Counted from the stretch's first letter, positions 31,455 to 41,270 are shown. The stretch is DNA of 64,000 nucleotides from Longimicrobiales bacterium (GCA_965198065.1 CBDAON010000004.1:128001-192000); one strand, 5' to 3'. The notes: generated from the letters alone by a model not told the origin. Numbers and translations are program-made.

Positions 31455-32438
31455 ATGACCGCGCCCTTCCTGGGTCCGGACAATCGCCGGAGCATCCTCC
31501 AGCTCACGGGGACCGCCGCGGCATTCTTCTTCCTCTGGGCCGCGGCATACCGGGCACTCGAGATTAGCTATTTGATCACGCTGGTGCTGGCACTGTCGGC
31601 CGCCATGTTCCTTGTACGGCTCTTCATGATTCAGCACGACTGCGGTCACGGATCGTACTTCACCTCGCGGCGGGCACAGGACGCGGTCGGCTTCTGCATC
31701 GGCATCCTCACCTTGACTCCCTACTATTACTGGCGCAGGACACACGCCCACCACCACGCGCACAGCGGGGATCTGGACCTGCGGGGGTTTGGAGATGTCG
31801 ACACGCTCACGGTGCGCGAGTACGTCGCCCTGTCTCGGGCTCAGCGACTTTGGTACCGGGTGTACCGGAATCCGGCGACTCTCCTTCTCGCCGGCCCGCT
31901 CTTCCACTTCGTGCTGAAGCACCGCTACCCGTGGGAGGTGCCGCGAGATTGGAAGCAGGCGTGGGCCAGCATATGGTGGACGAACGCTGGCATCGCGGGA
32001 GTCCTGATCGTGAGCGCGCTCACGATTGGCCTCGGCCGCTTCCTCATGGTGCAGATTCCGATCACCCTCATCTCCGGAGCGGCCGGAATCCTCCTATTCT
32101 ACGCGCAACATCAGTTCGAAGGAACATATTGGCACACGAGGCCGGACTGGGACTTCTTCGAGGCTTCCGTCATCGGAAGCTCGCATCTGGTTCTTCCCGG
32201 GCTCCTCCAGTGGCTTACCGCGAGCATCGGCATCCACCACGTCCATCACCTGAGCAGCCGGATCCCCAACTATCGGCTCCAGGAATGCGTGGATGCGAAT
32301 CCCGAGCTCCAGCAGGCCACCCGGATCACCCTCCGGAACATCGGGCCGCTCTTTCGCCTCACCCTATGGGACGAGGAAAGGCGTCGAATGATCGGGTTCC
32401 GAGAGTTGAAGTGCGCCTCGAAAGTTGGACAGAGTTGA
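31455..32438 (+). CDS. membrane fatty acid desaturase (Des/DesA-like)
   Basis: His boxes HDCGH, HAHHH and HHVHH...IPNY. Confidence 0.92.
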   Translation: MTAPFLGPDNRRSILQLTGTAAAFFFLWAAAYRALEISYLITLVLALSAAMFLVRLFMIQHDCGHGSYFTSRRAQDAVGFCIGILTLTPYYYWRRTHAHHHAHSGDLDLRGFGDVDTLTVREYVALSRAQRLWYRVYRNPATLLLAGPLFHFVLKHRYPWEVPRDWKQAWASIWWTNAGIAGVLIVSALTIGLGRFLMVQIPITLISGAAGILLFYAQHQFEGTYWHTRPDWDFFEASVIGSSHLVLPGLLQWLTASIGIHHVHHLSSRIPNYRLQECVDANPELQQATRITLRNIGPLFRLTLWDEERRRMIGFRELKCASKVGQS

Positions 32439-32439
32439 C

Positions 32440-33711
32440 TGACCTGACCCGCTGAAACGAGACCAGGTGCAATGTTAGGATCGGCCTGGTCCGAAGCTTT
32501 TCAGCGAGGAGGTCAGGATGGGAAGGAAGCGACACACTCCGGAGCAGATCATCACTGCAGTGCGGGAGGCAGAGGTCGGTCTGGCCGGCGGCAAATCCGT
32601 GAAGCTGATCAGGGGGGAGCTCGGCATCACCGAGCAGACGTACTACCGGTGGAGGCGGGAGTACGGCGGGATGAAGGTGAGCCAGGCACGGCGCCTGAGA
32701 AGGAGCTCGAGCGCGAGAACGGGCGCCTGAAGCGAGCAGTGGCGGACTTGACACTGGACAAGCTGATCGTGGAGGAAGCGGCCAAGGGAAACTTCTGAGC
32801 CCCGAGGGCCGACGACGTTGTGTGGTGCGTGTACGTCAGCAGCTCGGGGCGTCGGAGAGGAGAGCGTGCCGGGTGCTCGGGCAGCCACGCACGACCCAGC
32901 GCGGGGCGAGGAAAGTGGCGAGTGACGAGGGGGCGCTCCGAGGTGATATCGTGCGACTCGCGAGTCGATTCGGCCGCTACGGCTAGCGACGCGTCACGGA
33001 CACGCTCCGCATCGAGGGCTGGGGGGTGAAGCACAAGCGGGTGGAGCGGATCTGGAGGCAGGAGGGGCTGAAGGTCCCGGAGCGGCAGCCGAAGCGAGGT
33101 CGGCTGTGGCTCAACGACGGATCGTGCATCCGGCTGAGGCCGCTGTATCGGGGCCACGTCTGGTCGTACGACTTCGTGGCCTCGAGGACGCACGACGGGC
33201 GTGCGCTGAAGCTGCTGACAGTGCTGGACGAGCACACGAGGGAGTGCCTGGCGATCGTGGTGGCTCGCAAGATCCGCTCGCACGACGTGCTCGAGGTGCT
33301 GGACGATCTGTTCGTCCGACACGGGCCTCCCGAGTATCTGAGGTCGGACAACGGACCGGAGTTCACCGCGAAGCCCGTGCGGCGGTGGTTGGGGCGCGTG
33401 GGCGTCGAGACGCTCTTTATCGAGCCGGGCAGCCCGTGGGAGAACGGCTACAACGAGAGCTTCAACGGCAAGCTCAGGGACGAGCTGTTGAACGGGGAGA
33501 TCTTCTGCTCGTTGGCGGAGGCGGCCGTGCTGGTCGAGCAATGGAGGCGCGAGTACAATACCGTCCGACCCCACAGCGCCTGCGGCGGCTTTCCCCCGGC
33601 CCCTGAGGCGATTAAGCCGTCGCCCTGGTTCCTGAGGATGCCCGTCCTTCACCGCCCTCCACAGGTGCTGGGACTAACATAGGTTGTGGTACCGCTCTTC
33701 GGGGCAGGTCA
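32440..33711 (+). mobile_element. IS3-family element B, copy 3
   Basis: Full IRs, no TSD. TAG at 32984-32986 and a 2-nt insertion in orfA near 32699. Confidence 0.95.
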
Positions 33712-33791
33712 GGTTCAAGGCATGATAGACCAGGCGCTGCAGGTTGTGACGGGAAACCTGCAGGGGCTGGCGGACGAGGTCGGCGTGTCCT

Positions 33792-34573
33792 ACTGTCAGC
33801 AGCTTCAGCGCACGCCCGTCGTGCGTCCTCGAGGCCACGAAGTCGTACGACCAGACGTGGCCCCGATACAGCCGGCCTCAGCCGGATGCACGATCCGTCG
33901 TTGAGCCACAGCCGACCTCGCTTCGGCTGCCGCTCCGGGACCTTCAGCCCCTCCTGCCTCCAGATCCGCTCCACCCGCTTGTGCTTCACCCCCCAGCCCT
34001 CGATGCGGAGCGTGTCCGTGACGCGTCGCTAGCCGTAGCGGCCGAATCGACTCGCGAGTCGCACGATATCACCTCGGAGCGCCCCCTCGTCACTCGCCAC
34101 TTTCCTCGCCCCGCGCTGGGTCGTGCGTGGCTGCCCGAGCACCCGGCACGCTCTCCTCTCCGACGCCCCGAGCTGCTGACGTACACGCACCACACAACGT
34201 CGTCGGCCCTCGGGGCTCAGAAGTTTCCCTTGGCCGCTTCCTCCACGATCAGCTTGTCCAGTGTCAAGTCCGCCACTGCTCGCTTCAGGCGCCCGTTCTC
34301 GCGCTCGAGCTCCTTCAGGCGCCGTGCCTGGCTCACCTTCATCCCGCCGTACTCCCGCCTCCACCGGTAGTACGTCTGCTCGGTGATGCCGAGCTCCCCC
34401 CTGATCAGCTTCACGGATTTGCCGCCGGCCAGACCGACCTCTGCCTCCCGCACTGCAGTGATGATCTGCTCCGGAGTGTGTCGCTTCCTTCCCATCCTGA
34501 CCTCCTCGCTGAAAAGCTTCGGACCAGGTCGATCCTAACATTGCACCTGGTCTCGTTTCAGCGGGTCAGGTCA
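33792..34573 (-). mobile_element. IS3-family element B, copy 4 (3'-truncated, inverted)
   Basis: Left IR at 34573, orfA 34495-34217, TAG at 34031-34029. Ends inside orfB. Confidence 0.93.
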
Positions 34574-34746
34574 GAGCGGCTGGGTTGTTCTCGGCGGGAG
34601 TGATCCGGGCTTGAGAAACTGTCTTCTTACCAATCTCGGAACGGAACCTTAGACTGCTGGACCCGGCACTCCTGAAGCCCCATTGACAGTCAAGAGGCCC
34701 CTTCGACCCCGCCGAGCCCGACCATCGCCGGCGCGATTCAGCAGAG

Positions 34747-35295
34747 CTACTGGCTCCAGGGCGGCACGATGCGGTTCATGCGTGCGTAAGCGATAAGCTG
34801 TCCCAGGTGCTCGTGCATGTCGCCGGCGGCCATCAGGATCGCGGCACCGATCTGCACCTGCTGCCCAAAGAAGCGGATCTCCCGGGAGCGCGTCGCTTCA
34901 TCCATGCCGGCAACCGTACCGATGATGTTGTCGAACGCTACTTCCAGCTCTGCGACGAGCCCTACTTTGGAAAGTCCCTGGAGCCGGGCGTCCTCGGTGG
35001 CCCGATCCGGATTCACGCCCGCACGCGCTGGCGCTCCCCACTGGGTAGGGAAGCCGTTGCCCTCGCTGGCAATGAGGACCAGGACTTCCTTCACTGAGCG
35101 CACTCCTTCCATGGGCCTCCAGTCGTACTGTTCCTCCGGAAACACCTCCGCCAACGCGACAAACTTGTCCTTCATGGTGCTGAGATCCGCCAATTGGGTC
35201 TCGCTCACGGAGCTGGCCTGGGCGGCGAGCGGTCCAGCGGCAGCGAAAGCGGCGCCTAGCGCCAGCGAAAGGCAGAATCCGGTTCGAACTCTCAT
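34747..35295 (-). CDS. secreted DinB-family protein
   Basis: Signal peptide, YDWRPMEGVRSV and HEHLGQLIAYARMN.VPPWS. Confidence 0.85.
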   Translation of the reverse strand: MRVRTGFCLSLALGAAFAAAGPLAAQASSVSETQLADLSTMKDKFVALAEVFPEEQYDWRPMEGVRSVKEVLVLIASEGNGFPTQWGAPARAGVNPDRATEDARLQGLSKVGLVAELEVAFDNIIGTVAGMDEATRSREIRFFGQQVQIGAAILMAAGDMHEHLGQLIAYARMNRIVPPWSQ

Positions 35296-35365
35296 GGATG
35301 CGGTCTCCGACCAGGCGATCGACGGTGATCGTTTTGTGAAAGCGAGCATGCCCTAACCCGCGGAA

Positions 35366-35439
35366 CACGCCTGGAGGGACTCGAACCCCCAACCCCCAGA
35401 TCCGAAGTCTGATGCTCTATCCAATTGAGCTACAGGCGC
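35366..35439 (-). tRNA. tRNA-Arg(TCG)
   Basis: GCGCCTGTAGCTCAATTGGATAGAGCATCAGACTTCGGATCTGGGGGTTGGGGGTTCGAGTCCCTCCAGGCGTG. Confidence 0.92.
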
Positions 35440-35815
35440 GCACTGCTGAGAAGCCTAAGGTATGCCACGAGATTGGATCGCCGCCAGGAGTTCCAGCCGG
35501 CTGAAATAGAGGGAGTGCCGGCCTGCCGAAGACCTGTCAGCAGTCGACACCCATCAAGATAGGAGGGCTGGTTCGGGTGAAGGTAAGATCGAAGATCACC
35601 GCGGGCCATGAGTGCCTGGATGATCTCTTTCCACTGCGAACACTCGGCGCTACGCCGGAGCTCTCGGGTACAGAGTGGCACAAGGGTAGGGTAGGGGATC
35701 CGGAGATTCTGGCTCAACCGTACCAGGGGTGGTAAGGGTGCGGTAGTCGACCGACGCCCCGGCACCCGCTGACGTCCGCCTCCTTGCCCCCGAATCAACC
35801 CATGGAGAGCCCGCG

Positions 35816-36241
35816 ATGCCCCATGAGCTTTTCGAAGGCTGCAATGGCGTCTGCATCAAGACCTGGTGGGAGATGGACCAGCCCAACATCTCCCCCGGCG
35901 TCTCAGAGAGCTACGAGGACTGCCCCGATCCCGACGAAGAAGAGATCCGGACCGTGGTCGAGGGGTCCATTAGCGAGTTCAACCGGAGGCAGCGTCAGGA
36001 CGCGAGATCGCCGGGCTGTTCCGAGCACTGCATCTGTCACTTCGGTGTCGCCGACGCCTTGGTGCACTGGACCGGGGAGTGGCCCATTACGGTGCGGTGG
36101 CGAAAGACGCTGACCATCGAGGGTCACGACCACACCTGCCGCTATAGCGCCGGGGTCCAGGTTCGAATCCGGAAGTTCAAGCAATTCGGGGAGTGTACTC
36201 CCTCGTTCGAGATCGAGCTGCCCGAGATCGAGGTGGAATGA
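35816..36241 (+). CDS. hypothetical acidic protein with 8 Cys
   Basis: GGAG RBS and non-shadow amino-acid composition. Confidence 0.6.
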   Translation: MPHELFEGCNGVCIKTWWEMDQPNISPGVSESYEDCPDPDEEEIRTVVEGSISEFNRRQRQDARSPGCSEHCICHFGVADALVHWTGEWPITVRWRKTLTIEGHDHTCRYSAGVQVRIRKFKQFGECTPSFEIELPEIEVE

Positions 36242-36457
36242 GGGGAGCGGGGTCCGACGGCCGGTTCCTCGACGTGAAGGAGCTGGCGTTGAAGCTGAGG
36301 AGGGCAGGGGAGTGACGCTAGCGGCTAGGGTTCCGTCGCCAGCGCTGTGCCCTATCTTCTGTCCCGGGTCGCACGGCTGAAAGTCTGTGCCCTATGCGTG
36401 CCCTACGGCATAGAGGGCCGGAAGCCATGACACCGTAACTCGTTGTACAGTAACGAT

Positions 36458-36531
36458 GTCCTCGTAGCTCAGGTGGATAGAGCGGCTGCCTCCTAAGCAG
36501 CAGGTCGCAGGTTCGAGTCCTGCCGAGGACG
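36458..36531 (+). tRNA. tRNA-Arg(CCT)
   Basis: GTCCTCG acceptor stem, anticodon arm GCTGC-CTCCTAA-GCAGC and GTTCGAGTC. Confidence 0.93.
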
Positions 36532-36673
36532 CTGAGCAGGAGAGAGGTTCCGGGATGGGCTCTCAGGTCCGGACCCCCGCTGCGCATCCCGGTCCGAGCC
36601 CTTACCTTGGAGGCTGGCTGTGACAGAAGAGCCGCGAAGTGAGCGTCGCCTGCACTCTTTCAAGGGGGTAGCG

Positions 36674-37792
36674 ATGTCGATCAAGAAGACCTTCAGCGTG
36701 TTGGCGGTCGGGCTGTTGGCTGGTGCGCTAGTAGCCGGCACCGCGGACGTGGAGCGGACACTGGTCTCCACGCTGACGGATGTCTCGCCAGCGCCCGTTT
36801 CGGTAGGCTCCCTGGCGTTCGGCCCCGAAAACATCCTCTTCGTGGGCGATACGCAGGGCGGCGCGATCTACGCGATGGACCTGGCCGACATGGCCCAGGG
36901 CAACGGCGGAGCGGTCGAGCTCGACGGCATCGACCGGAAGATCGCCAGCATGCTCGGGATCGCCGTCGAGGATCTCCTGATCGCCGACATGGCCGTACAT
37001 CCGAGCGCGCAGACCGTCTACCTCTCCGTCATGCGAGGACGGGGGCTGGGCGCGACGCCCGTTCTCCTGCGGGTCTCCGGAGACGGTGCCATTGAGGAAG
37101 TGCCCTTCCCCGGCATGCGCTATTCGGTTATGGAGCTGAATAACGCACCCGAACAGGATCAGCTCTACGGCGGACGCGCCTCCGCGCTCACGTACTCCAT
37201 CACGGATCTGGCTTTCGTCGATGGTGAGGTTTTTGTGGCAGGGCTGTCGAACGAGGAGTTCGCGTCCAACGTGCGCCGTCTACCATTCCCGTTCACGGGT
37301 GCACATCGGTCCACCAGCCTGCAGATCTATCACGTCTCCCACGGCCAGAACGAGACCCATGCGCCGGTCATGACGTTCATGGCTCGGGAAATTGAGAACC
37401 AGACGCACATCCTGGCGGCCTATACGTGCACACCCCTGGTGCAGTTCTCCACCGAGAACCTGTCGGACGGCGAACACGTGATCGGAAAGACCATCGCCGA
37501 GTTGGGTGCCGGCAACCGGCCTCTGGACATGATCTCCTACTCGGTGAATGGGCAGGAGCGTATCCTGATCTCGAACAGCCGCCACCCGCTCTTGAAGGTC
37601 AATCCGGGCGAAATCCCCGGTGCGAAGAGCCTGGAAAACCCCACCCAGGAAACTGGCATCGGCTTCGAGACCATTCAGGAGGCGGGGATCCGCCAGATGG
37701 ACAACCTGAACGATGACTACGTGCTCATCCTCCAGCAGGAAGGCCAGGACGGGCCCATGAACCTCAGATCCCTGAGCAAGGCCGCTCTCTAG
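36674..37792 (+). CDS. secreted hypothetical protein, probable beta-propeller
   Basis: Signal peptide, LAFGPENILFVGD, DMAVHP, ITDLAF..VFVAGLSNEEF and AAYTCTPL. Confidence 0.8.
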   Translation: MSIKKTFSVLAVGLLAGALVAGTADVERTLVSTLTDVSPAPVSVGSLAFGPENILFVGDTQGGAIYAMDLADMAQGNGGAVELDGIDRKIASMLGIAVEDLLIADMAVHPSAQTVYLSVMRGRGLGATPVLLRVSGDGAIEEVPFPGMRYSVMELNNAPEQDQLYGGRASALTYSITDLAFVDGEVFVAGLSNEEFASNVRRLPFPFTGAHRSTSLQIYHVSHGQNETHAPVMTFMAREIENQTHILAAYTCTPLVQFSTENLSDGEHVIGKTIAELGAGNRPLDMISYSVNGQERILISNSRHPLLKVNPGEIPGAKSLENPTQETGIGFETIQEAGIRQMDNLNDDYVLILQQEGQDGPMNLRSLSKAAL

Positions 37793-37808
37793 ACGAGCGA
37801 TCGGCCCG

Positions 37809-39086
37809 ATGGGGTCTCGGAAGAACCGGCGGTGGGCCGGGGCGCTTCTCGCCCTGGCCGCTGCCTTCTTCGTTTGGGGCGGCATCGTCGTCCTGGTGCC
37901 CGGCTCCGATGGGAGTACGATCGCGGGCGGTGATGAAGTCCGCCGCGACGCTGGCGCGGTTGGCGGAGGCGCTGGTGCAGGGGTGCCACGAATCGAGCTC
38001 CTGGACCAAGGAGCCGCCGTGGTCGTCCTCGGTTTGGAATCGACGATGATCGACGCTCTGAACCGCTCTCCACCCTCGAGCGAGGCCTGGCAGTCGCTTT
38101 TTCCCATCGGGATCGCATCAGCCGACAGCGATCTTCCGATGATGCTCGGGCAGTACGCGGTGGAAGAAGACCGCGTGGTTTTCCGGCCCCGCTTCCCCCT
38201 GGCCCCTGGCACGCCCTATACGGCGCGCTTCGACCCCGACGACTTTCTGGCGGCTGCAGGGTTCGAGGCGGCGGAAGCACCGGCCTTCGAAGAGCTACAG
38301 GCCGAACTCTCGATTCCGCTCGACGCCTCAGCCGCGCCCACTCGCGTCGTCCAGGTTTACCCCACGGCGCCGATCGTCCCAATGAACCTGCTCAAAATGT
38401 ACGTGCACTTTTCGGCACCCATGCGCTTCGGCGAGGCGTACCAGCACGTCCGCCTCCGGGACGCATCAGGCGAGGTGGTTCCCGACGCGATCCTGGAGGT
38501 GCTGGAAGAGCTGTGGGACCCGGAGCGGCGCAGGCTGACGCTGCTGTTCGACCCAGGCCGTATCAAGAGGGACCTGGAACCCAACCTCACGCTCGGGCTC
38601 CCGTTACGGGACGGCGAGAGCTACGTCCTGGAGATCGACGAGGGGTGGAGGGACGGATCAGGAAGGCCACTCGCCGAGGGATTCTCCAAGACGTTCTCCG
38701 TCGGAGCGGCGGACCGTGTGTCGCCGGACGCAGACACGTGGGTGGTCAAGGTACCGGTGGCCGGCTCGCGTGACCCGCTCGAGATCGCCTTTCCGGAGCC
38801 GATGGACCGCGCCCTCCTCGATCGACTCATCACGGTAGTGGCGGAGGGCGGAGAGCGAGTCGAGGGCCGCATCGAAGTGACGGACGGCGAAACCGTTTGG
38901 CGACTCACGCTCGACCGCCCATGGGACGCGGGGAGCTACGTCATCGACGTAGACGCCGACCTGGAGGATCTGGCCGGAAACAACCTGGCGCACTTGTTCG
39001 ATGTGGATTTGAGCCAGGATGTTCGGCTCAGCGAGGTGGACGCACGCGCGCGCCTACCGTTCGACGTGCGGCCGGCCGGAGGCTGA
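37809..39086 (+). CDS. membrane-anchored hypothetical protein with tandem Ig-like domains
   Basis: N-terminal TM helix, FRPRFPL.PG..Y, YVHFSAPM, LWDPERRRLTLLFDPGRIKR, FPEPMD and LEDLAGN. Confidence 0.8.
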   Translation: MGSRKNRRWAGALLALAAAFFVWGGIVVLVPGSDGSTIAGGDEVRRDAGAVGGGAGAGVPRIELLDQGAAVVVLGLESTMIDALNRSPPSSEAWQSLFPIGIASADSDLPMMLGQYAVEEDRVVFRPRFPLAPGTPYTARFDPDDFLAAAGFEAAEAPAFEELQAELSIPLDASAAPTRVVQVYPTAPIVPMNLLKMYVHFSAPMRFGEAYQHVRLRDASGEVVPDAILEVLEELWDPERRRLTLLFDPGRIKRDLEPNLTLGLPLRDGESYVLEIDEGWRDGSGRPLAEGFSKTFSVGAADRVSPDADTWVVKVPVAGSRDPLEIAFPEPMDRALLDRLITVVAEGGERVEGRIEVTDGETVWRLTLDRPWDAGSYVIDVDADLEDLAGNNLAHLFDVDLSQDVRLSEVDARARLPFDVRPAGG

Positions 39087-39241
39087 GCCTTTCAGTTCGA
39101 GAATAAACCCAGGTGCCCGCAGTTAACGCCGCCACGAGCGTCGTCAGGGCGCGTCCCGGTTGGTTCCTCGTGAAGGCGTCCTTCTGGCTACCCGTGCCGT
39201 AGGGCCGTTTACGGGGTAGGGGCCCGGCTCGCCGCCGCTCC

Positions 39242-39613
39242 TCAGGGTGCGCGGATCAGGTGAAGGGCGAGGAGCGCCCACCCGGCGAGAAGGCAGAGCC
39301 CACCCAGGGGCGTCACCGCGCCCAGGGCCCGGACGCCAGTCCAGACCAGCAGGTAGAGCGACCCGGAGAACACGAGGATCCCGGCCACGAACGCCCATCC
39401 CGCCCATGATCCCAGCGGGCCCGGGTGGCGCCCCACCAGGACGGCAACGAGGAGGAGGGCCAGGGCGTGGTACATCTGGTAGCGGACGGCCGTCTCGAAG
39501 GTCGCCAGATCAGCGGGCGCGAGCCGATTCTGTAGGGCGTGCGCCCCGAACGCCCCGAGGAGAACGGCGGCCAGGCCTAGGCACGCCCCCACGACTGCCA
39601 GGATTCGCTCCAT
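39242..39613 (-). CDS. DUF423 membrane protein
   Basis: LGAFGAH, ETAVRYQMYH, FSGSLY and TPLGG. Confidence 0.93.
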   Translation of the reverse strand: MERILAVVGACLGLAAVLLGAFGAHALQNRLAPADLATFETAVRYQMYHALALLLVAVLVGRHPGPLGSWAGWAFVAGILVFSGSLYLLVWTGVRALGAVTPLGGLCLLAGWALLALHLIRAP

Positions 39614-39754
39614 CCGTTGACCCTCCATCTTCACGATCCTACGTTTCTTCTCTCGCGCGGACTGTGAGGGCGGTCCCGGCTCGCCAGGCGCGGAATTCCA
39701 CCGCCGGTCTCAACTACGATACGCTCCGGCGGCACCGCGCTCCAACCCGATCCG

Positions 39755-40450
39755 ATGGCCAAGCCCAAACTAACCAAGACCCCACCTCCAACCCCCTCGA
39801 ACAGCGGGTACGATCCGGCCTTTAACCGGTGGGTCGTGGCCTCCTTCGACTGGGCGCGGGGTCGCACGCAGACGGTGGTGGCAGGCTCCGTGGTGGCGGT
39901 CCTGCTGGTCGCGGCCGTGGCGTATTACCTCCTGCAACGCTCGGAGCGGCTCGACCTGGCCGCCGCGGAGCTGGAAACCATCCAGTTCGTGGCGCTGGTT
40001 ATGGAGGGCCCCCAGGCCGAGGACGAGCTCCGAGCCTATATCGACCGCTTCAGCGGCACCCCTTACGCCATCGAGGCGTACCTGCTCCTCGGAGAGCATT
40101 TCCTCCAGCAGGAGCAGCCCGAGGCCGCCGTTTCCGCCCTTCAGGAGATCGGCCCGTCCTTTCGGTCGCCCCTCCACGTCCAGGCCGCGTTCCTGCTCGC
40201 CGTGGCGTTCGAGCAAGCCGCGCGCTCGGACGATGCCGCTGAGCTCTACCAAGAGCTCCTCGATCGAGCGGAGTTCACGTTCCAGGAGCGAGAGGCCGGG
40301 GAGGGCCTGGCCCGGGCCGAGCTCGCGCGAGGGAACACGGAGGGGGCGATTGCCGCATACGAGGCCGTTCTGGCCGTGCTGGATCCGGAAGACCCTACCC
40401 GGTCCCGCTTCGAGATGCGGCTCGCCGAGCTCCGGGCCCAGACGCTCTAG
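39755..40450 (+). CDS. TPR membrane protein (YfgM-like)
   Basis: Single TM helix, then TPR helices including FSGTPYA. Confidence 0.8.
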   Translation: MAKPKLTKTPPPTPSNSGYDPAFNRWVVASFDWARGRTQTVVAGSVVAVLLVAAVAYYLLQRSERLDLAAAELETIQFVALVMEGPQAEDELRAYIDRFSGTPYAIEAYLLLGEHFLQQEQPEAAVSALQEIGPSFRSPLHVQAAFLLAVAFEQAARSDDAAELYQELLDRAEFTFQEREAGEGLARAELARGNTEGAIAAYEAVLAVLDPEDPTRSRFEMRLAELRAQTL

Positions 40451-40529
40451 CCGTCCGCCCGCCTCAGGGCAGGATCATCGTAAATCCCATTCCAATAATG
40501 AGTTGTGGTGGATGCCCGTGTCCCCCTGA

Positions 40530-40557
40530 GTGTCGCATAATGTACATTATGTAAAGT
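40530..40557 (+). other. dif: dif site (XerC/XerD chromosome dimer resolution)
   Basis: GTGTCGCATAA-TGTACA-TTATGTAAAGT versus E. coli GGTGCGCATAA-TGTATA-TTATGTTAAAT. Lies between convergent genes. Confidence 0.88.
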
Positions 40558-41270
40558 TAGTCCTTTCGCACGGCGACCACGGCCACCCGTCTTCGAAGCC
40601 CCGGCACGAGCGCCTGCCCCCATCGCTCCACCGTCCGGAGGAACGGGACGTGGGATTGGACGTGGCGCGCCGTTTCGATGGAGAACCCGATGGCTTCGAG
40701 CTCTCCGGTCACACGCTCGAGCGTTTTGTAGTCTACGTGAGTCGGATCCGGCTCCAGGACGCCCTGCACGCGGAGGCGCTCCAAGAAGTGACCTGGATTG
40801 GGCGTCCAGACGACGAGACGCCCTCCGGCGCGTAGGAGCCGATGGGCCTCTCCATAGGCCCGCCGAGTGGTCTCCGCATAGAGGTGCTCGACCAGGTCGG
40901 CGGCTACGACGAGGTCCCAGACTCCTCCCCGGAGCCCGGTCTCGGCCACATCGGCCTGGACGAAGTGGAGGTGGTCGATCGGTTCGGCGGCAAGACGACT
41001 CCGGCAGACGGCAAGCGCGGCCGCCGCGAAATCCACCCCGACCACGATGGCCGCGGTCCGGGCCAACCCGAACGAGATCGTGCCCCAGCCGCATCCGAGG
41101 TCCACGGCTCGACCGTCGGACCGCACGCGGCAGAGCTTCAGGACCTCCCGAACGCGGTAGCGCTGGAAGGCGCTTTCGGGATCGCGGAGGTGAGGCCCTC
41201 CCATCTCGAAGTACCCGCTGGTCTCGTAGTGCCGGCGATCGATAGTGTCCGGGGCGTCCTTCCCCGTCAT
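40557..41270 (-). CDS. class I SAM-dependent methyltransferase
   Basis: VDLGCGWG, GVDF, LVEHLY and LRAGGRLVVWTPN. Confidence 0.88.
   Translation of the reverse strand: MTGKDAPDTIDRRHYETSGYFEMGGPHLRDPESAFQRYRVREVLKLCRVRSDGRAVDLGCGWGTISFGLARTAAIVVGVDFAAAALAVCRSRLAAEPIDHLHFVQADVAETGLRGGVWDLVVAADLVEHLYAETTRRAYGEAHRLLRAGGRLVVWTPNPGHFLERLRVQGVLEPDPTHVDYKTLERVTGELEAIGFSIETARHVQSHVPFLRTVERWGQALVPGLRRRVAVVAVRKD

Noticed and set aside
39136..39240. SRP (4.5S) RNA
   Set aside because: Size and rod shape fit, but the conserved CAGG-GNRA-AGCA domain is absent on both strands.
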